Of a stretch of 64,000 nt of DNA, positions 14,016 to 30,339 are shown piece after piece (the first letter of the stretch is position 1; the number at the start of each line of letters is the position of its first letter). The notes below the pieces were generated by a model, which saw only the letters and a list, made by a program, of their open reading frames with translations, was not told the origin of the DNA and made no database searches. The translations under genes and the position numbers were made by a program. The stretch is from the human T2T-CHM13v2.0 reference genome, Homo sapiens, in NCBI RefSeq assembly GCF_009914755.1, contig NC_060940.1; one strand, written 5' to 3'.

Positions 14016-15315
14016 TTGGCATGTTTTTTGACCAGGGGGAGGATGAGGTGCTTGGGAGGATGAGATGTCAGGAGGATGAGACGCTGCCTATCAGTGTTTA
14101 GCACTGTGCCTGGCGTCTTGATAGAGCCCAGTTGACGAGGGCTGGCAAAGAAGCTGGTTTTTGGGTTTCTCATCCAAACCCCACTACTCCTCTGTCAAGA
14201 AATGATCACTCTAGTTATTCAGCCAAACCTTGGAATATCCTTGTTTCTTCTCATCCCTGTGACCAAGCTCTTAGCAAATCCTGCCAGCTTAAGCATCACA
14301 TAGATAGAGAACCCAGCTCCGTCTCACTGCCTTTAGCTCCCCTGCAGCTGGTGGGGATTCTAGAAACTGGGACTAGGGGGTCAGCTTCCTCCTCTGCCCT
14401 TTCCACACCAACAGCCAGTAGAATCCTTTTAAATAGACGTCAGACCCTTCAGTGGTCCTGGCTTCCCATTGTGGTGTCAGCTCACTGTGCCATGTGTGCC
14501 CCCCATCTGCTCCTCACTGTGCTAGCCCAGTCATACGGAGCTCAAGAGATTTCCCCCTTGGGCCACCGGCTTCAGGGTGCCCCAAAACCCCCACTCTGCC
14601 CCACAGGGCTGCCAAAGCCAGCCTCCTTGACAACATCTGGCTGACGGGGAGGGGAGGGCAGTAAGAGCCGCCACAGAAAACAGGAATTCATGGGGGGAGT
14701 GGGGTTGAGGATTAACGTTGAGTTTCAAGACATCCCTCGCTCCAGCCCACTCTGTGAGCTGTCTGGGGCTCCGCCTACACACAGCTCCTCACCCTGAAGC
14801 TGCTGGGTTCCCCTGCATCACACGCCCACCTTCCCCAGTGAACCCAGCCACCAGATTTGACACAGGATCCGGTGACTGCTCAGGCCTCAGGAGGGGAGGG
14901 TTGCCTTCTGGCCCTGATATCTGATCAACCACAGAACACCCAAAACAAATCTCTGAACCAGTGACAGACAGCGCGACCTTTAAGGAAGGTGTAAGTCAGG
15001 AGAAGGCCATCTCTCCTATACATCACCTCTCCCAGCCCAGGAAGCTGGCCTGCCAATTGCCCCAGAGTCTGGCCCAGCCACTGACCAGGTCCACCCTGCC
15101 CTCAGCCAATGCACACTCTCCAGCCCACCCCAGGGCCTGCTGGGGAGATCAGGAATCGAAGAATGGAGCAGCACTTCCTCCTACCCTCTTGTAGGAGGGA
15201 GATGGGTTCTATTCAGATTAGGCAGAAACGCTGAAAAGTATTGTGACCTTGAATCCTAAATCCCCGTTAAAGTTGAGGCTTAGGAAGCACCTGAAATCAC
15301 AAGGACTGATCATTA

Positions 15316-15945
<630 letters not shown>

Positions 15946-16081
15946 GAGCAAAATCCTGATTTAAGACTTAAGAACTCTGGTGGAGGGTGTGAGGGGTCTC
16001 TGTATTGCTGGTGACCAGCACAATGCGTGGTGCTGCAGGCGGCCTGGACAGATTTTTCAAATGAATGTCAAATGTTGTTCA

Positions 16082-16242
<161 letters not shown>

Positions 16243-16288
<46 letters not shown>
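16243..16288 (+). repeat. (GT)23 microsatellite
   Basis: Direct reading. Confidence 0.95.
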
Positions 16289-16290
<2 letters not shown>

Positions 16291-16479
16291 AGAGAAATGT
16301 ACAGAATACTGAGCTTGGGACATGTAAAAGCATAAATTTTCATTTTTACTTTGACCTGCCTGAAAATAGAAGTGAAAATGTGTTTGCCACAGGGGAACCG
16401 CTCTAGGGGCATCTGATTTGCTCCTAGGCCAGGCCAGGACAGAGCTGTGACCAAGCGTGAGGGTGGGTGGTGCGAAGGC

Positions 16480-16637
16480 CTGTGGTTTCTGGCCCAGCAG
16501 GACTTTGAAAACAATCTGTACCCAGACCTCACTCCAGAAGGTTCTGAGTCACTGGCTCCGGGGTGGGGCCCTGACATCTATATTTTCAAATGCTCCCTAA
16601 AGGATTCCATTGCATAGCCAGTGTTGAGAACCATGGG
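16480..16637. mobile_element. MER5A/B-like hAT MITE
   Basis: ttctgagtcactggctccggggtggggccc..atctatatttt...gtgttgagaacca. Confidence 0.65.
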
Positions 16638-18419
16638 ATTAGACAGAGTGAGGAATGTTCTGGAACTCAGCACTCAGTGTCTGCTTTGCTGCTTTCCATG
16701 AATTCTAGTTCCCTCTAGGAACTCTCCTTGCCCACCTGCTAATCAGCCAGAGGCCATCAGGAAGGCTGGCTTTGGTAGCATGGTACAGCAGTCACATCTC
16801 TCTAAGTTCCAAAGTCAGTTTCTCAGGTGGAAACCACCTGCCGTCCCAGTCACCCTCACAGATCCCTCATGGGTGAATGACATTTCTCAATGAGGAGTGG
16901 GTCCGGCACAGCCAGTCTGAACTGCAGGGCTGCAGTAGACCCCGTCGTTGAGCAGGTTTTAGAGGAAGAGGTTGGCCATGTCAGATGAAATCCTGGTTTC
17001 TTTACCAGGGAGAATCATGCTGGGCACTTTGAGGGGCGCTCAAGGGATAGGCAGGAAGAGCCAAGCCCATGAGGGAGGCAGATTCCCATCTGCCCCTAAG
17101 GTTCCCTCATGGGTCTGGCAGCCCGAGAGGCCTGTGGTATTTAAGCTGTTTACGCTTCTCTCCCTCTCCTCTCCACTTTCCTGCATCCGTGTAGTTGAGT
17201 TTGTGGAAGTTAAGCTTGCATACAGTGTGCCTCTACCTGACTTGAAGACAAATCACTTGCCCTCTCGAGCCTTGGGCACCTGTCTTGAGAGGAAGGGCCT
17301 GCGTAATAGGTTGGGCCTCCTGGATGCTCCCCAGCCCTGCAGCCCTGCAGCCCCACACACAGCTACATGTGTGCTCAGAAGGTAGCTGAACCCATTCTGT
17401 GCTTGGCCTTGTGTATAATCACTTGCATGGGCTAGGCAGGAGATTCCCTTGCAGAACTTGAAACTCCCTGCAGCACTGAAACTCCAGCCATCCCTATCTC
17501 TTGTGGTTGTTCTGAACCAGTGCCAGTCTTGGAAATGGCCTGTTTTGTTTCAGGCAGTCATAAAAATGCCTTAGGAGTAGAGACTGTCCAGGCCAGAGTC
17601 AGCCAGCCAGACCATGGAGGCTCAGAAGTTGTTGGGGCTGAGCTGGCCTCCCCCAGTCCTCACAACTTTTTAGTCATTTGCTAATAATTAAGAGCCAAAA
17701 GTTCTCATCCCATCTTCCCTCCAGCCTTTGGACTGACTGGGATGCCACCATTTTTTATACAAGGTTCAAGGTGAGATAGACTTTCTTTCCTTTTCCTTCC
17801 AAATTCTCATGTAGAAAAGCCGCATGCAACTTCCTGGTTTTTCAACTTGGCACATCCACATTATCTTTTTGCATTTATCTTTTTTTTACTACCTATACCC
17901 TGGCCTTTGAATTTTATAATACACTTTGCATTTTTCTAAATGCAGTTGGGGTTTTCCAGAGCTGTGCAAAGCCAGGAAATATGCATGTCATTTAAATGAC
18001 TCCGGTTAACCTTTAGCCTTTAACTGGTTTCTCATAAAACTCGACTCTCTCCCAGCTATGGTTTGCATTCTTCAGAGCAGCAAAACTGATGAACATCTAC
18101 AGCTTTCACTGTTCCCTGCTGGGCCCCCTTCCCTTTGCTGCCTCCAGTCTGATGAGCCATGCTGGCAGACTCTGGGAAATGTGAGTCCCAAGCAGTGTCT
18201 AGCAGAAGGTTCCAGACTAGATTGATGCAGCCCCTGTTGCCACTTCCTGAGGTCTCCCAGGGCCCCTGGCTTCAGCGGCTTCCCTTCCTATCATGGCATC
18301 TTGTTCCTATCATAGCACAGTAACCATAATAGATCCCATCTGTTTCCCACCAGAAACACAAGATCCAGACTGCAGATTGCACACTTGACTGTAGACAGGG
18401 ACTCTGAGTGTTTCCTCAC

Positions 18420-18800
18420 CCACTCCCGTGCGCGTCCATCCATCATTTGCTGAATGGTAGGCACTGTGCTAGCCACCAGAAACACAAGGACAGGACAGAG
18501 CCCTCCTCCCTTCAGGCATCTAGCACAGTGATGCACTTCAGCAGGTGGGTGCAGGTGCTCTGCTGGAAACTGCAGGATCAAGAAGAATACAGAGTAGTTG
18601 GGCCCTTGCTGGGGGTGGGTGGGTAAACAGGGACAAGAATTGCTTCTGGGCGTCCGAGCCTTTGAGCCAAGGGTTGTTCTGAGCCAGTGTGAAGCAGCAG
18701 ACAACCTGGGGAAGGGCCTTCCAGGCAGAGGGGGCATCTGCAGTGAAGACACACAGGTATGTTTGGCTACCAGGTCAGTAGCCCGTGTCTGGAACATTGG
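18420..18800 (-). mobile_element. L2 fragment
   Basis: catccatcatttgctgaatggtaggcactgtgctag...gaagggccttccaggcagagggg. Confidence 0.6.
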
Positions 18801-18802
18801 GC

Positions 18803-19262
18803 GGTCCATTCGTTTCATATGGCTGCTGCTACACATTTCTACAACACCCAGTTATTCTCTTACAGCTCTGGAGGTTAGAAGTCTGCCACGGGTCTCACTG
18901 GGCTAAAGTCTAGGTGTTGGTCCTTCCCGAAATCTCTGGGGAGAATCTGTTTTCTTGCCTTTTCTGGATTCTAAAGGTCGCCTGTGCTTTGGCTTATGGC
19001 CCCTCCCTCCATTCTCAAAGCCAGCAGTGGCAGGATGAGTCCTTCTCACACTGCATCACTCTCACCTCCTCGTCTGCCTCACTCTTTCACTTTTAGAACC
19101 CCTTCTGATTAGATTGGGCCTGTCCAGGTAATCCAAGATAAGCTCCCCCAGCTCAGGCTCTTTGATTCAGTCACACCCATGAAATCCCTTTTGTAAGGTA
19201 GCATGTTCACAGGTTCCAGGGATTAGGTCGTGGGCATCTTTGGGGGCTATTACAGCCCACCC
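18803..19262 (-). mobile_element. MaLR LTR, MLT1C/MLT1D-like
   Basis: ttattctcttacagctctggaggttagaagtc; ggggagaatctgttttcttgccttttc; cacaggttccagggattagg..tgggcatctttgggggc. Confidence 0.8.
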
Positions 19263-20091
19263 CAGGTGGGATGCAGAAACTGGCAGCAGATGGGGCTGGA
19301 AGGGTAGGCAGAGGCTCTGCGGGACACGCTGCAATTGAGGAAGCCTGGAGAACTAAGCAGATGAACAGGCAGGCAGGAGACAGCTACCCCTCAAATGCTC
19401 TTCAGTTGTATGGCCTGGGCCCCACCTCCTGCCCTGTCCTTGGCAGATCCCTCTGACCTTGCAGCCCCGGTGCAGGGTGGAGGCATGCCCAGTGGGCCCC
19501 TGGGTCTCAGAAACAGCAACCTTTTGTCCTTTTGTCTGGACAAAAGAGCCCCACTTTGTTGGTACAAGTTAAAATTCTTCCCTCAGCCCCCTCTCCACTC
19601 TACTCCCATCTCTAGGGTGCCCCTGGTCTGAGCCCGCTGATGTTCCCAGGTTGCCTCCTCTGTCCTGGGCACCCAGCCACATCCTGCCCTTCTTGCCCGT
19701 CTTCTCCATTCACCCATGTCCTTGTTGCTGTGGCGCCTCCAGGTAGGGCTCCTCCAGGTAGCCCTGGCTCACGTCTCCCCAAGCTCTCCTTTCCTTTTTG
19801 CACTAAAAGGCTCAAAAATCCTCCTCCATGGCCATCTGACCCTTCCACTCCCCTCCCCACCTAGTCACAAGGTACCCACTCCCTGGATTCCTCAAGCCAT
19901 AGGGCCCTATCATTTCTTACAGGACAGCAGTTCCAAGCCAGGAGAGCATAGGGGTTCTCTCCAGCCAATTTGAGCCAGGAGGAATTTTAACCAAAAGCCC
20001 AAGTTGGCTTTTGAAAGAGGCCTTTCTCCAGGAAAGGATTAGAGAGTTCCAGTCATTAAATGGTCCGCTGCAGAACGCTAGTTCTTGACTA

Positions 20092-20589
<498 letters not shown>

Positions 20590-21397
20590 CTAGGGCTCCC
20601 AGGTGGCTGCCACTTCCCCATTGAGGCTGTTCCTTGCCAGAAGACCTAGGGTCCGGTCTTTCAATTCTCTTCCTGCTGTGAGGAAAGTGTTTCTCTTGAA
20701 AACAGGAGCCAGCCCACCCCAAATCTTGATGCTGGGTGACACCAAAGACAGGAACTCTTTTGGGTTAAAATTTGGGGCTACAGGTAAGACTTGATGAGGC
20801 TTCTATCCCAGTGGGTTTACTGGTGAATTGGGAATGAGTGGTGTGTAAAGGCAGCCGGAGCGGCTGTGCATTCGTTCAGCAGCCGTTTATGGAGGCCCTG
20901 CTGCATCCTGGGCCAGCTCAGCCCTGGCGATCAAGCTAAGCTGGTGCTCCCTCTCCTCCACCTCTCTCTTCTGGAAGGAAAGGAACGCTTTCTTCCTTTA
21001 AGGCCTAAGACTCACAGCTGGCTTGAGGTAGAAGTCCTGCCTGCCCTGAATATAAAATTTTAAAACTTCCATATTTGGCAAATCTGTACCCTAGTTTTGT
21101 TTAGTTGTGTGTGGGCGTGGGGTTATATTCAGCACTGGAAATTGTGGGAGCCCAGCTGTGCATCAACAGCTTCTCCATCCAGTTAGGGAGAGTGGGAGCT
21201 CCCCATCTAAGTTTAAGGTTGCAGCTCTTCCTCCCATAGATCTGTGGTTTACCCTCAGCCCCAGCCCCTGCAACAACACTGACCCCTGGAGAGCCCAGAC
21301 AAAGGCTCTGAGAAGTCCTGCAGACACACAGCCAGCCAAGGAGGTTTGCTTAGTAAGAGCTGCCCCTCATCAGCAGCTCACCATGTAGGGGGATTGA

Positions 21398-21739
<342 letters not shown>

Positions 21740-22369
21740 AAGGCAGCTCATCATGTGCCAGGCACTGAGGATTTAAGTGTGGAGGCCCCATGTGGGAGGG
21801 GCCCAGGTAGCACGTGACCCCAGGGCCACTCAGCTCCAGAGCCCTCGGTCTCCTCCGAAGCTTCACCTCCTCTCACTCCATCCTAGCATCACCCAACCAT
21901 TTTTCTTTCCTTCCTAAGCCCATGTAATAATATCTGCCAGTTTCCTCCAACACTGATTTGGGCTAAAGGAGCCCAGAATAAACAGGTGGCCCTGGCCCTA
22001 AGCCCCAGTCCTCTCCTGAACTGGGGCAAGCCCTCCACTTCCAGCCTCCTGCTGCCTGTGGCGCTCCCCTGTCCGCTGGGAGGCAGGGAGGCTGGCCCAG
22101 GGGGACCTGACATGAAGAGTCTGTCTTACAGGGCTCAAGGGGATGGCTGTGGTCTCCCCTTGCCTGTGTGTGTTCTACCCGGAATGGAAACCAGCTTTTC
22201 ACCTTGTCCAGGAGGTTGGGAACCTGAGGGAACACAGCACTGCCTCTGTCCCAGCCCCCCATTGCTGGTTTTCTCTCCACCAGCAGAGTCCAAGCCCAAG
22301 CCGTATGGGCCCCAGCAGGACCACACTGAGCCCTCTCTCCAGCCCCGCGGCCTGGCTCTGGGATGTACC

Positions 22370-22738
22370 CATACCACCCCTTTTAGTCCCCTGCTTGCTG
22401 AGTGTGTCCCCTTCAGCTCTGGGCCTTCATACAGGCCCATCCCTCTGCTTGGGATGCTTATTCCTGCCACCATGGTCCCCTGTGTTTGGCCAACTCCCTG
22501 ACACCTTCAACTCTGCAGACAGCTTACTTCCTAGCAAAATCTTCCCTGACCACCAGATCTCTCTCTGTTCATGGCATTTCCCACTGTGTGTGATTTTCTA
22601 TTTTTATGTGGTTCTTTGGTTCATGTGGGTACCAAGCTGCTTGGGGGCAGAAACCCCAATTCTTATTCAAAGTTGGATCCCAGGGCCCACAGTGTAGCAG
22701 GTACTCAGTGAAGACAGGCCAGATATGAATGAATGGAA
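22370..22738 (+). mobile_element. L2 3' region
   Basis: Ends cagggcccacagtgtagcaggtactcagtgaa...atgaatgaatgg. Confidence 0.55.
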
Positions 22739-23639
22739 ATGCGAGTGGGTTAGGGTCCGAGCCCACAAATGAGGACATTGGCCTTGTTTTCCAAAAATAG
22801 ACCATGACTCCAGGGCCCTAGAGGAAGCCTGTAAACCTCCTGGTCTGACAGACATCTGACACACTTTGCGTGGGTCTCTTTCTCCACAGAGAAGTTGGAA
22901 TAAGATCAAGACTTAATTCGCAGGCCCAGCATTAGTCTTCTGAACTCGCCGGCTATATGAGTCATCTCCACTGTGGAGGGAGGCAATTTTAAACTGGAAA
23001 GGTCAATCGACATGTCAGAATATCTAGTAAATCATTCGCGTTCCACCTGGTGCCCCTTCCATTCCCCTGAAAAAGCCTGCCCTTGTTCAGCGCCTCTCGA
23101 AGACACTGTGGAGAAAGAGGTAGCCGGGGCTGGGTGGTGATTTACCTCGAGGAAAATTAATATGGTGCCATCAATTCTGAAGGCAGAAAGGGCCCATGGC
23201 CAGAAGGCTGCACGCAGGCTGGAATAACTCACGGCCCATGAGGGCCCTGAGTTTGGGGAGGCCTCTCCTTGGCCCTGGATATAAATCAGCAGCCCTTTTG
23301 CAGAGAGAGAGTCGGAGTTTTGTCAGGCCTGGGGGAAGGGAGCCAGCACCAGAAGCCCCTCTTCCCCAGGAGCCTGTCGTTGTCTGAAGGGTTGAAAGGC
23401 ACCTCTGTGCCACCCTTCTCGGCCAGCACCAAGCACTGGACTCATTTACAGACGAGGCCATGAAGCCCCCACCCTGGGTTCCAGGAGGATCACGGGAAGG
23501 GGGCTTTCAGCCTGGCTGTCAGAGAAGAATGTGACAGGCCCATTTTCACTCCACAGGCCTTAATTGGATGGTCAGAGGGCACATCTGTGGCTTATAAGAA
23601 ACAGATGGCGGGATGGGTTAGTGAAGGAGAAAGCACGCT

Positions 23640-23890
23640 TGCTTCAGGTTGAGTGCCCGTGGAGGTGCTGGGGCAGCACGCTGGCAAGCAGGCAGACTCG
23701 GCCAAGACCCAGCTTTGTCACGTGCGTGAGGCCTTGGCTGTCCTCTTCATCTTTCTGCGTGTCTGTTTCTTCAGCTGTAAAATGGAGATGATGAGGCCCA
23801 ACAACATAACATAGGAGGATTTGGTGAGAAAATGCATTTGAAATGGCTGAAGACAGTGCCGTGTGTTATAAGTGCTTGGTAGTTGTTATT
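23640..23890 (+). mobile_element. MIR
   Basis: tctgtttcttcagctgtaaaatggagatgatg...gagaaaatgcatttgaaa. Confidence 0.7.
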
Positions 23891-23992
23891 GTCCTGTGGT
23901 AGCCTTGGGTCTCTAGAGCCAAGAACAGCCTCCTGTCTGGATCTGAGTGGCTTCATCCCACTGTGTGGGACTCTGGTCCCAAGTGTTGTATG

Positions 23993-24295
<303 letters not shown>

Positions 24296-24544
24296 TAATA
24301 GCCGCTTCACAGGGAGTCAGTGAGGATGAAGTGTGTGGAGCGCAGAGCCACTGTTTGTTGAAAGTGCATTGTTACTGTTATTGCCTTTGTTTTGGTAGTT
24401 AGGCTTGTTTCCAGGGAACTTTGGCTTCCTTGGCTTCTGGGGTGTGCACACAAGCACTGGACCAAGGATGAGGCTCAAGGAGGGCCCTGGGCTCATGCCC
24501 TGGGCTGACAGTGGAGGCCATGGGGCTGGTGGGGAGGAGCACAG

Positions 24545-24750
24545 GCCTGAGGCCACCCCACCTGGCTCAAGATCCCCACTCGCTACCTCTGTGACCTGGA
24601 CAAATTCCTCCACCTCATCTGTAAAGTGGGGCTAGGAACTGTTTCCCCCTTACTGTGGGATTATTATGAGGATTCAGTGATGCGATCCATGTTGTTTTAA
24701 CAGTGCTTTGCTATATGGTAAGGCTTCGGATAGTACCTCACTGGTAGGTA
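24545..24750 (+). mobile_element. MIR
   Basis: ctgtgacctggacaaatt...cctcatctgtaaagtgggg...ttattatgaggattcagtga. Confidence 0.75.
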
Positions 24751-24810
24751 ATTTCCTGTTAAGGACAGCCAAAGTGGAATTCAGATGGGGATGGTGAGAG
24801 CCGAGACATT

Positions 24811-25060
<250 letters not shown>

Positions 25061-27109
25061 TGAGAGCCGAGACATTTATGCCCAGTTCCTGCCTTTCCAG
25101 AGCCTGGTGTCATCTTTTAAGTCAGCGCTACCCCATCTCCTTCAATTCAGTTCATGTCACCTCAGCTCGACAGAGGCAGTTCTGTGTCTGGGCACCAGGA
25201 ATCCTCAGGGGGAGGCCCTCCAGCACCACCTGAGATGTTTGCCGTGTCAGAGAACCAACCTTGTGATCACTTACTTAGTAATTTTCTTTGAATGTACTCA
25301 CAATTTATCCCTGTCAGGGCAAGATGGAGTAAGTTAAGCTAGTCCAAACCTAAACCCGTGAAATCAGGAGATCCATAAACTAAATATGTATTTTCTCACA
25401 ACATCTGAAGCTAAATAGAGGTTGAGATAAAATTAGAAACCATTCACGTAGGTGCCATCTAAAACCATCTTAGGTCCCTGTCCCCACCCCCATCCCCCAC
25501 CTGCTGCCCCCTATAGTCTGCACACAAGGTGGACTTGTTAAGGCTCCCCTGGGACCCCTGCCTGCCCACAGAGCCTCACCTGGACCCGGTCCCAAGAGCC
25601 AGGCCCACTCTCACGTCCAGGAGGAAGCCCTGCCTCCCCAGGTGTTAGGCTGGACTTTTCGTCCTACAGCACAGGGAGAGTGAAGCAGTTAACAAACCAC
25701 ATTTAATATGCAGTATTGTAATTTTAAATTTGTGGAACAAACCTAAACTACTACTTGTTTTTTTATGCTACCTATAGATATTAAATGTGGACAGATTTTG
25801 CTTGGCAGACCATTGGTTTAGAAGGCTGGGTTAAGCCCTGTGTTTGAGTAAAAGTAGTATTCAAGTAAAAGTGGGATTCAACCCCAGGTTCTTTTTGGCC
25901 TCAGGCAAGGAAGTTCTATATCTGCCTCACCAACACTTCTTCCAGGAGGGTGGAGAATCAGATATGAATTATTTCTCACAATCACCAGGAATGGCTGCAG
26001 CTCTGCTGGACAGATTCTGCATCTGTTCCCAAGCTCATCGGTCAGCTTTTACATGGGTACACCGAGGCCCAGAGAGGAGGACGGGGCTTGCCCAGGTCGC
26101 TGGCCAGGTCACTGTGCTGCTTCCACACAAGGTGGCTGGGAGGGGAGGCCTACCCAGTTTGAGGCAGGAAGTGTCTGAGAAGCTGGTCAGAGCTCCCCCG
26201 CTGTGCAGCCGCCCTGGGCTCCTCCACCTGGGAGCTCTTGGGACAAGTCTGAGAGCCTTTGAAGCCTCTGCAGCCTGAGAGTTTCAGAGCTCTTGCTACC
26301 TTCAGATCCTCTTTCCATACAGAACACCCTGTTAGAGCTTTCTCTCAGCTGGGGGCTCTCTGTCTCGAAAGGGGCCTCTGTGCTGACAGCCCCAGTCCCT
26401 CAGTGCGGATCACACATGTGGCCTTGCCCTGTGCCAGGTGCTTGACTGGGCCCTTGCTGAATCAGATGAAAGAAATCCTCTGGAATCCTCCTGCACTTCT
26501 GCAGCAGCTAACAACTTTGTTTCATGCTTTTGAGGCCAGAGGCTCTGAGAGGTCACATGACCAGCCCAAGCATCCACAGCTAGGACTCCACAGAACCAGC
26601 TCATCCTTGCCAGGTGGGAGGCAGTCTGTCCCACACCAGGGTATCTGAAATGTTTCTGCTTCAGGTGCTGTGGCTGATGCTTCCGGGCCATTATCTGTGT
26701 ACCATCTTCAGCTGGGTGTGGGTGAAAGCCTCGTTGGGGATGGGCCCAGAAAGACCTTGGTGTATTTCTCACACCCAAAGAAGGCCGCCAAGGAAGGCCC
26801 ATGGCGACCCCTGGGTAGGAAGCTTGGTGCTCTCAGGGAGTGGGATTTGTGCCATCTGGTGCACAGCCTCGGGCAGGAAGTGCACCAGGCCCCCAGCCAC
26901 GCGCGGAGAGCTTCTCCAGAGAGGGCTGTGATGTGCGGCTAGAGGCAGTGCTTGGCACCCCTGCTCCTTTCACAGGACCCAGAAGTTTGCCAGATCAAAA
27001 CCTTAGCATTGGCTGGAAAATTGGCTTACTTATTGCCATCTGTACCCATCACTTACCCATGGAGTGGGCGCCGTCCTGGGCTGAGTCGGGTGGGGGTCCT
27101 GCCGTTGAG

Positions 27110-27900
27110 TTAGTAATTTCGGGTTTTCCTTTTGTTGTTTAAAGGCATACTTGTTAGGCTACCAAGTAATATAGAAACATATTCACATTGTAAAAGGCTC
27201 AAACAGTGCAGTTTGTAGAGTAAAAAGTGAAAGTGCCCTGCCATTTCCCCAGCCACCCACAGTACCCCCTTTCCCCCCAGGCCACCTGCTTCTCCAGCAG
27301 GAACTCCCAGCCTCCGTTCAGGGGAGGGGGAGGGTGTCCTTCTGGACCAAGCTCTTCGCACCTGCACACATACGTATTCCTCTGGGTGGATAGCCTCGGG
27401 CTGTCTTGTTCACCACGGTCACTCCAGCCCAGCCACAGGCCTGGCACTTAGTAGACACCCACTAAATTTTTACTAAATGAATGACAGTAGCAGTAGTTTT
27501 TACATGAATGGGACCATGGACATCTTGTTCTGCACTTGGTTTTGGCACTTTAAAGTGGGGTTTTCCTGCGTCGGGACATCAGGGTATGAGGGTGGGCTTA
27601 TCTGCCGTCATTGCATTAAATGGAAGCACCCGAGGGACCATCCCTTGTGCATCACCCTTGTTGATATGCATTGGCTGTGTCCAATTGTCCATGTTACAGA
27701 ACGCTGAGGGGTCAGCCTTTTAGCAACTCAGTTCACAAACACAGCACTTTGTCAGGAGGCAGTCCTAGCTGTGAAATTGCTCAAATTGCCCTCCATAAAA
27801 GAAGCTGCCCATCAAACCTCCTGCCAACAGCGCAGGGAAATGCCTGTTCCTCCCCTCTGTCCCACACTGGCCCCTGTTGGTCTTTGTCATCTGTGCCAGC
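27110..27900 (-). mobile_element. Degenerate L1ME-type fragments
   Basis: atattcacattgtaaaaggctcaaaca...aaagtgaaag; gttctgcacttggtttt; tgctcaaattgccctccataaa. Confidence 0.5.
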
Positions 27901-28904
27901 ATGACGAGCAGAAGCTTACCCATCTGCTGAGCATGTCCACCTGGTCGCCTGGTCACCTGGTCAGAAGTGGCTATGGGAATTCTTCCCATATATCCCAGGT
28001 GGCCAGGGAAGGGCCCGACTCAGGAAATGGCATCTGTAAGAATGATAGGGCAGCCTACTGAGGGGTGCTGGGCATGACTCGCAGCATGGGCTGGCCCACC
28101 CAGCCACCGCCAGGCACCGGTCCAAACCAGTCAACCCTGTGCTCTGCTCCGTTTTTTCCATCCCTGCCTTTGCTCATCAATGAGGTGCCAGAAAAGGCTT
28201 CCAGCGGTTGGAATTCCTGCCTCCTTCATGTGTGTTTGGAGGCCACACAGCTGTGTTCTCTCAAACCTCCACCATCCTTTACACTCAGAATATCTGTTTA
28301 GACATTCCTAACTCTGCTTGGTCGTTGTTTATTTTAAAATAGTCCCAGAAATACGCTTGCTTATTTAGTTCTCCACCAAACACTCCATTGCGTAGAATCA
28401 TGCGTCCCCTGCATTCTGGTTCCCTGGAAGAACCGCAGAAGGGGGACCTGCCTCATACGACCAGGCTGCGTCAGTCATGGGAGTGAGCTGTCAGACATTC
28501 ACTTTTTTAAAAAATAGAAACAGGGACTCGCTATGTTGCCCAGTCTGGTCTCGAACTCTGGACCTCAAGTGTGGTCAGAATTTCACTTTGAAATTCTTGG
28601 GTTGAAGAAGAGCTTAAGAATGGGCTGTTACTTTCCTGTGTTTGTGGATTCATGGAATGATTCTTAGGGGCCATTGTCAGGAAAGGGACCATGGACAACC
28701 CAGCTGGAGTTCTTCCATACCAGATGTCCTCAGGCAGCGGAGTGATGTTGATGGCTGTCTGCAGCATTGCCGGGGAGCCTGTGTGTGAAGCCTTCACAGT
28801 GGACCACTTTCCTATTACATTTCTCCGCAACTCCCCGCTTACCTAACATCCTGCCTGGAGGTCCAGAGAATCTACAGTCCAGTGTTTTAGGAGGCTCTCT
28901 GGAT

Positions 28905-29246
<342 letters not shown>

Positions 29247-29376
29247 TATTTTAATTTTTTGAGATGAGGTCTCACTACGTTGCCCAGGCTAGTCTTAAAC
29301 TTCTGGGCTCAAGCACCCCGCCCACCTTGGCCTCCCAAGGTGTTGGGATTACAGGCGTGAGCCACCAAGCCTAGCC
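29247..29376 (-). mobile_element. FLAM-like Alu monomer
   Basis: Single antisense left monomer. Confidence 0.82.
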
Positions 29377-29849
29377 AGGATTTTGCCTTTAAAGCGCCTA
29401 ATCTCCTTTCTCCATAAAGACGTGAGGTAAGCAGTTTTCCCTCCTGTGTTTATATCTCCCCCAACTCACACCATGAGCTGCTTCTATTAAAAGACACAGG
29501 AGATGGATAACTGGTGTTGAAAATGATATCACTTATTTCAAAGGGTAAAAGGGAAGTTGTGTGTGGCTTTCAGTAAAAGCTCACAGGCCTATTCAGTATC
29601 GGCCACTTGATGAAGAAGCCTTACTTTGTGGTGGATGCCCCCGGGTCTGGCCCCAGTGGCGCCTGAGAGGCAGCAGGTAGAGGCAAGAGCATGCTCTGAA
29701 GGCTGTGATTCACCTCGTAGGGCGGGTGGGGCTGTGTGCCCTGGCAGCCTTCTGCACCTACTGAGTCTCAGGCCTCCCCCACCTCTGCAGGGCTGTCCTG
29801 AGGGGCTGGCACTGCACAGGGAAGGGCGCTGGCTCGGAGATGGGTAGAG

Positions 29850-30050
29850 TTAGTGGGTAAATGGGTACTCCGCAGAGTCTGACCGCCAGCATTCAAGCTA
29901 CCTCTGCTGCTTGCCAACCAGGTGACCTCAGCACATGGCTTAACCTGAGCCTCAGGTTTCCTTCATCTGAAAAATGAGGAAAATTGTCAGGAAAGCTTTG
30001 AGCACGATGCCTGAAACACAGCAGGCCTCTGATAGGTGTAAGCTCAAGTT
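29850..30050 (+). mobile_element. MIR
   Basis: gtgacctcagcacatggcttaacctgagcctcaggtttccttcatctgaaaaatgagg. Confidence 0.7.
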
Positions 30051-30339
30051 CCATGACTCAGGCTGCAGATGATCTGCTAGGCTTTCTGGTAACCCACGGG
30101 TAGCTGAACTTGATGCCTGAGCTCCCCCTCGTAAGTTACCCCACTTTTCTTTGCAGGAAAGGTGTGCTTAAGTAACAGGTACTCAGCAGGGGTGTTCTGA
30201 CACCCTGGGACTGCCATGGGTTTGCTTCCTCAGAAGGCTTCCCCGTCGGCTGCCCTCTCTCACTGTAGGGTCTGCTTGGACTCAGTGTGCAGAAGCCCTC
30301 CATTATCGACAGAAAACAAGCTCCTTAAAAACACACTTA

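Noticed and set aside
18291-18836. 181-aa minus-strand ORF
   Set aside because: Lies over L2 and MLT1 relics, with no recognisable domain or splice structure. Consistent with chance.
21986-22697. Overlapping 171-aa and 184-aa plus-strand ORFs
   Set aside because: GC-rich, stop-poor sequence that is partly L2. Open in several frames on both strands, Pro/Ser/Leu-rich, with no similarity I recognise.
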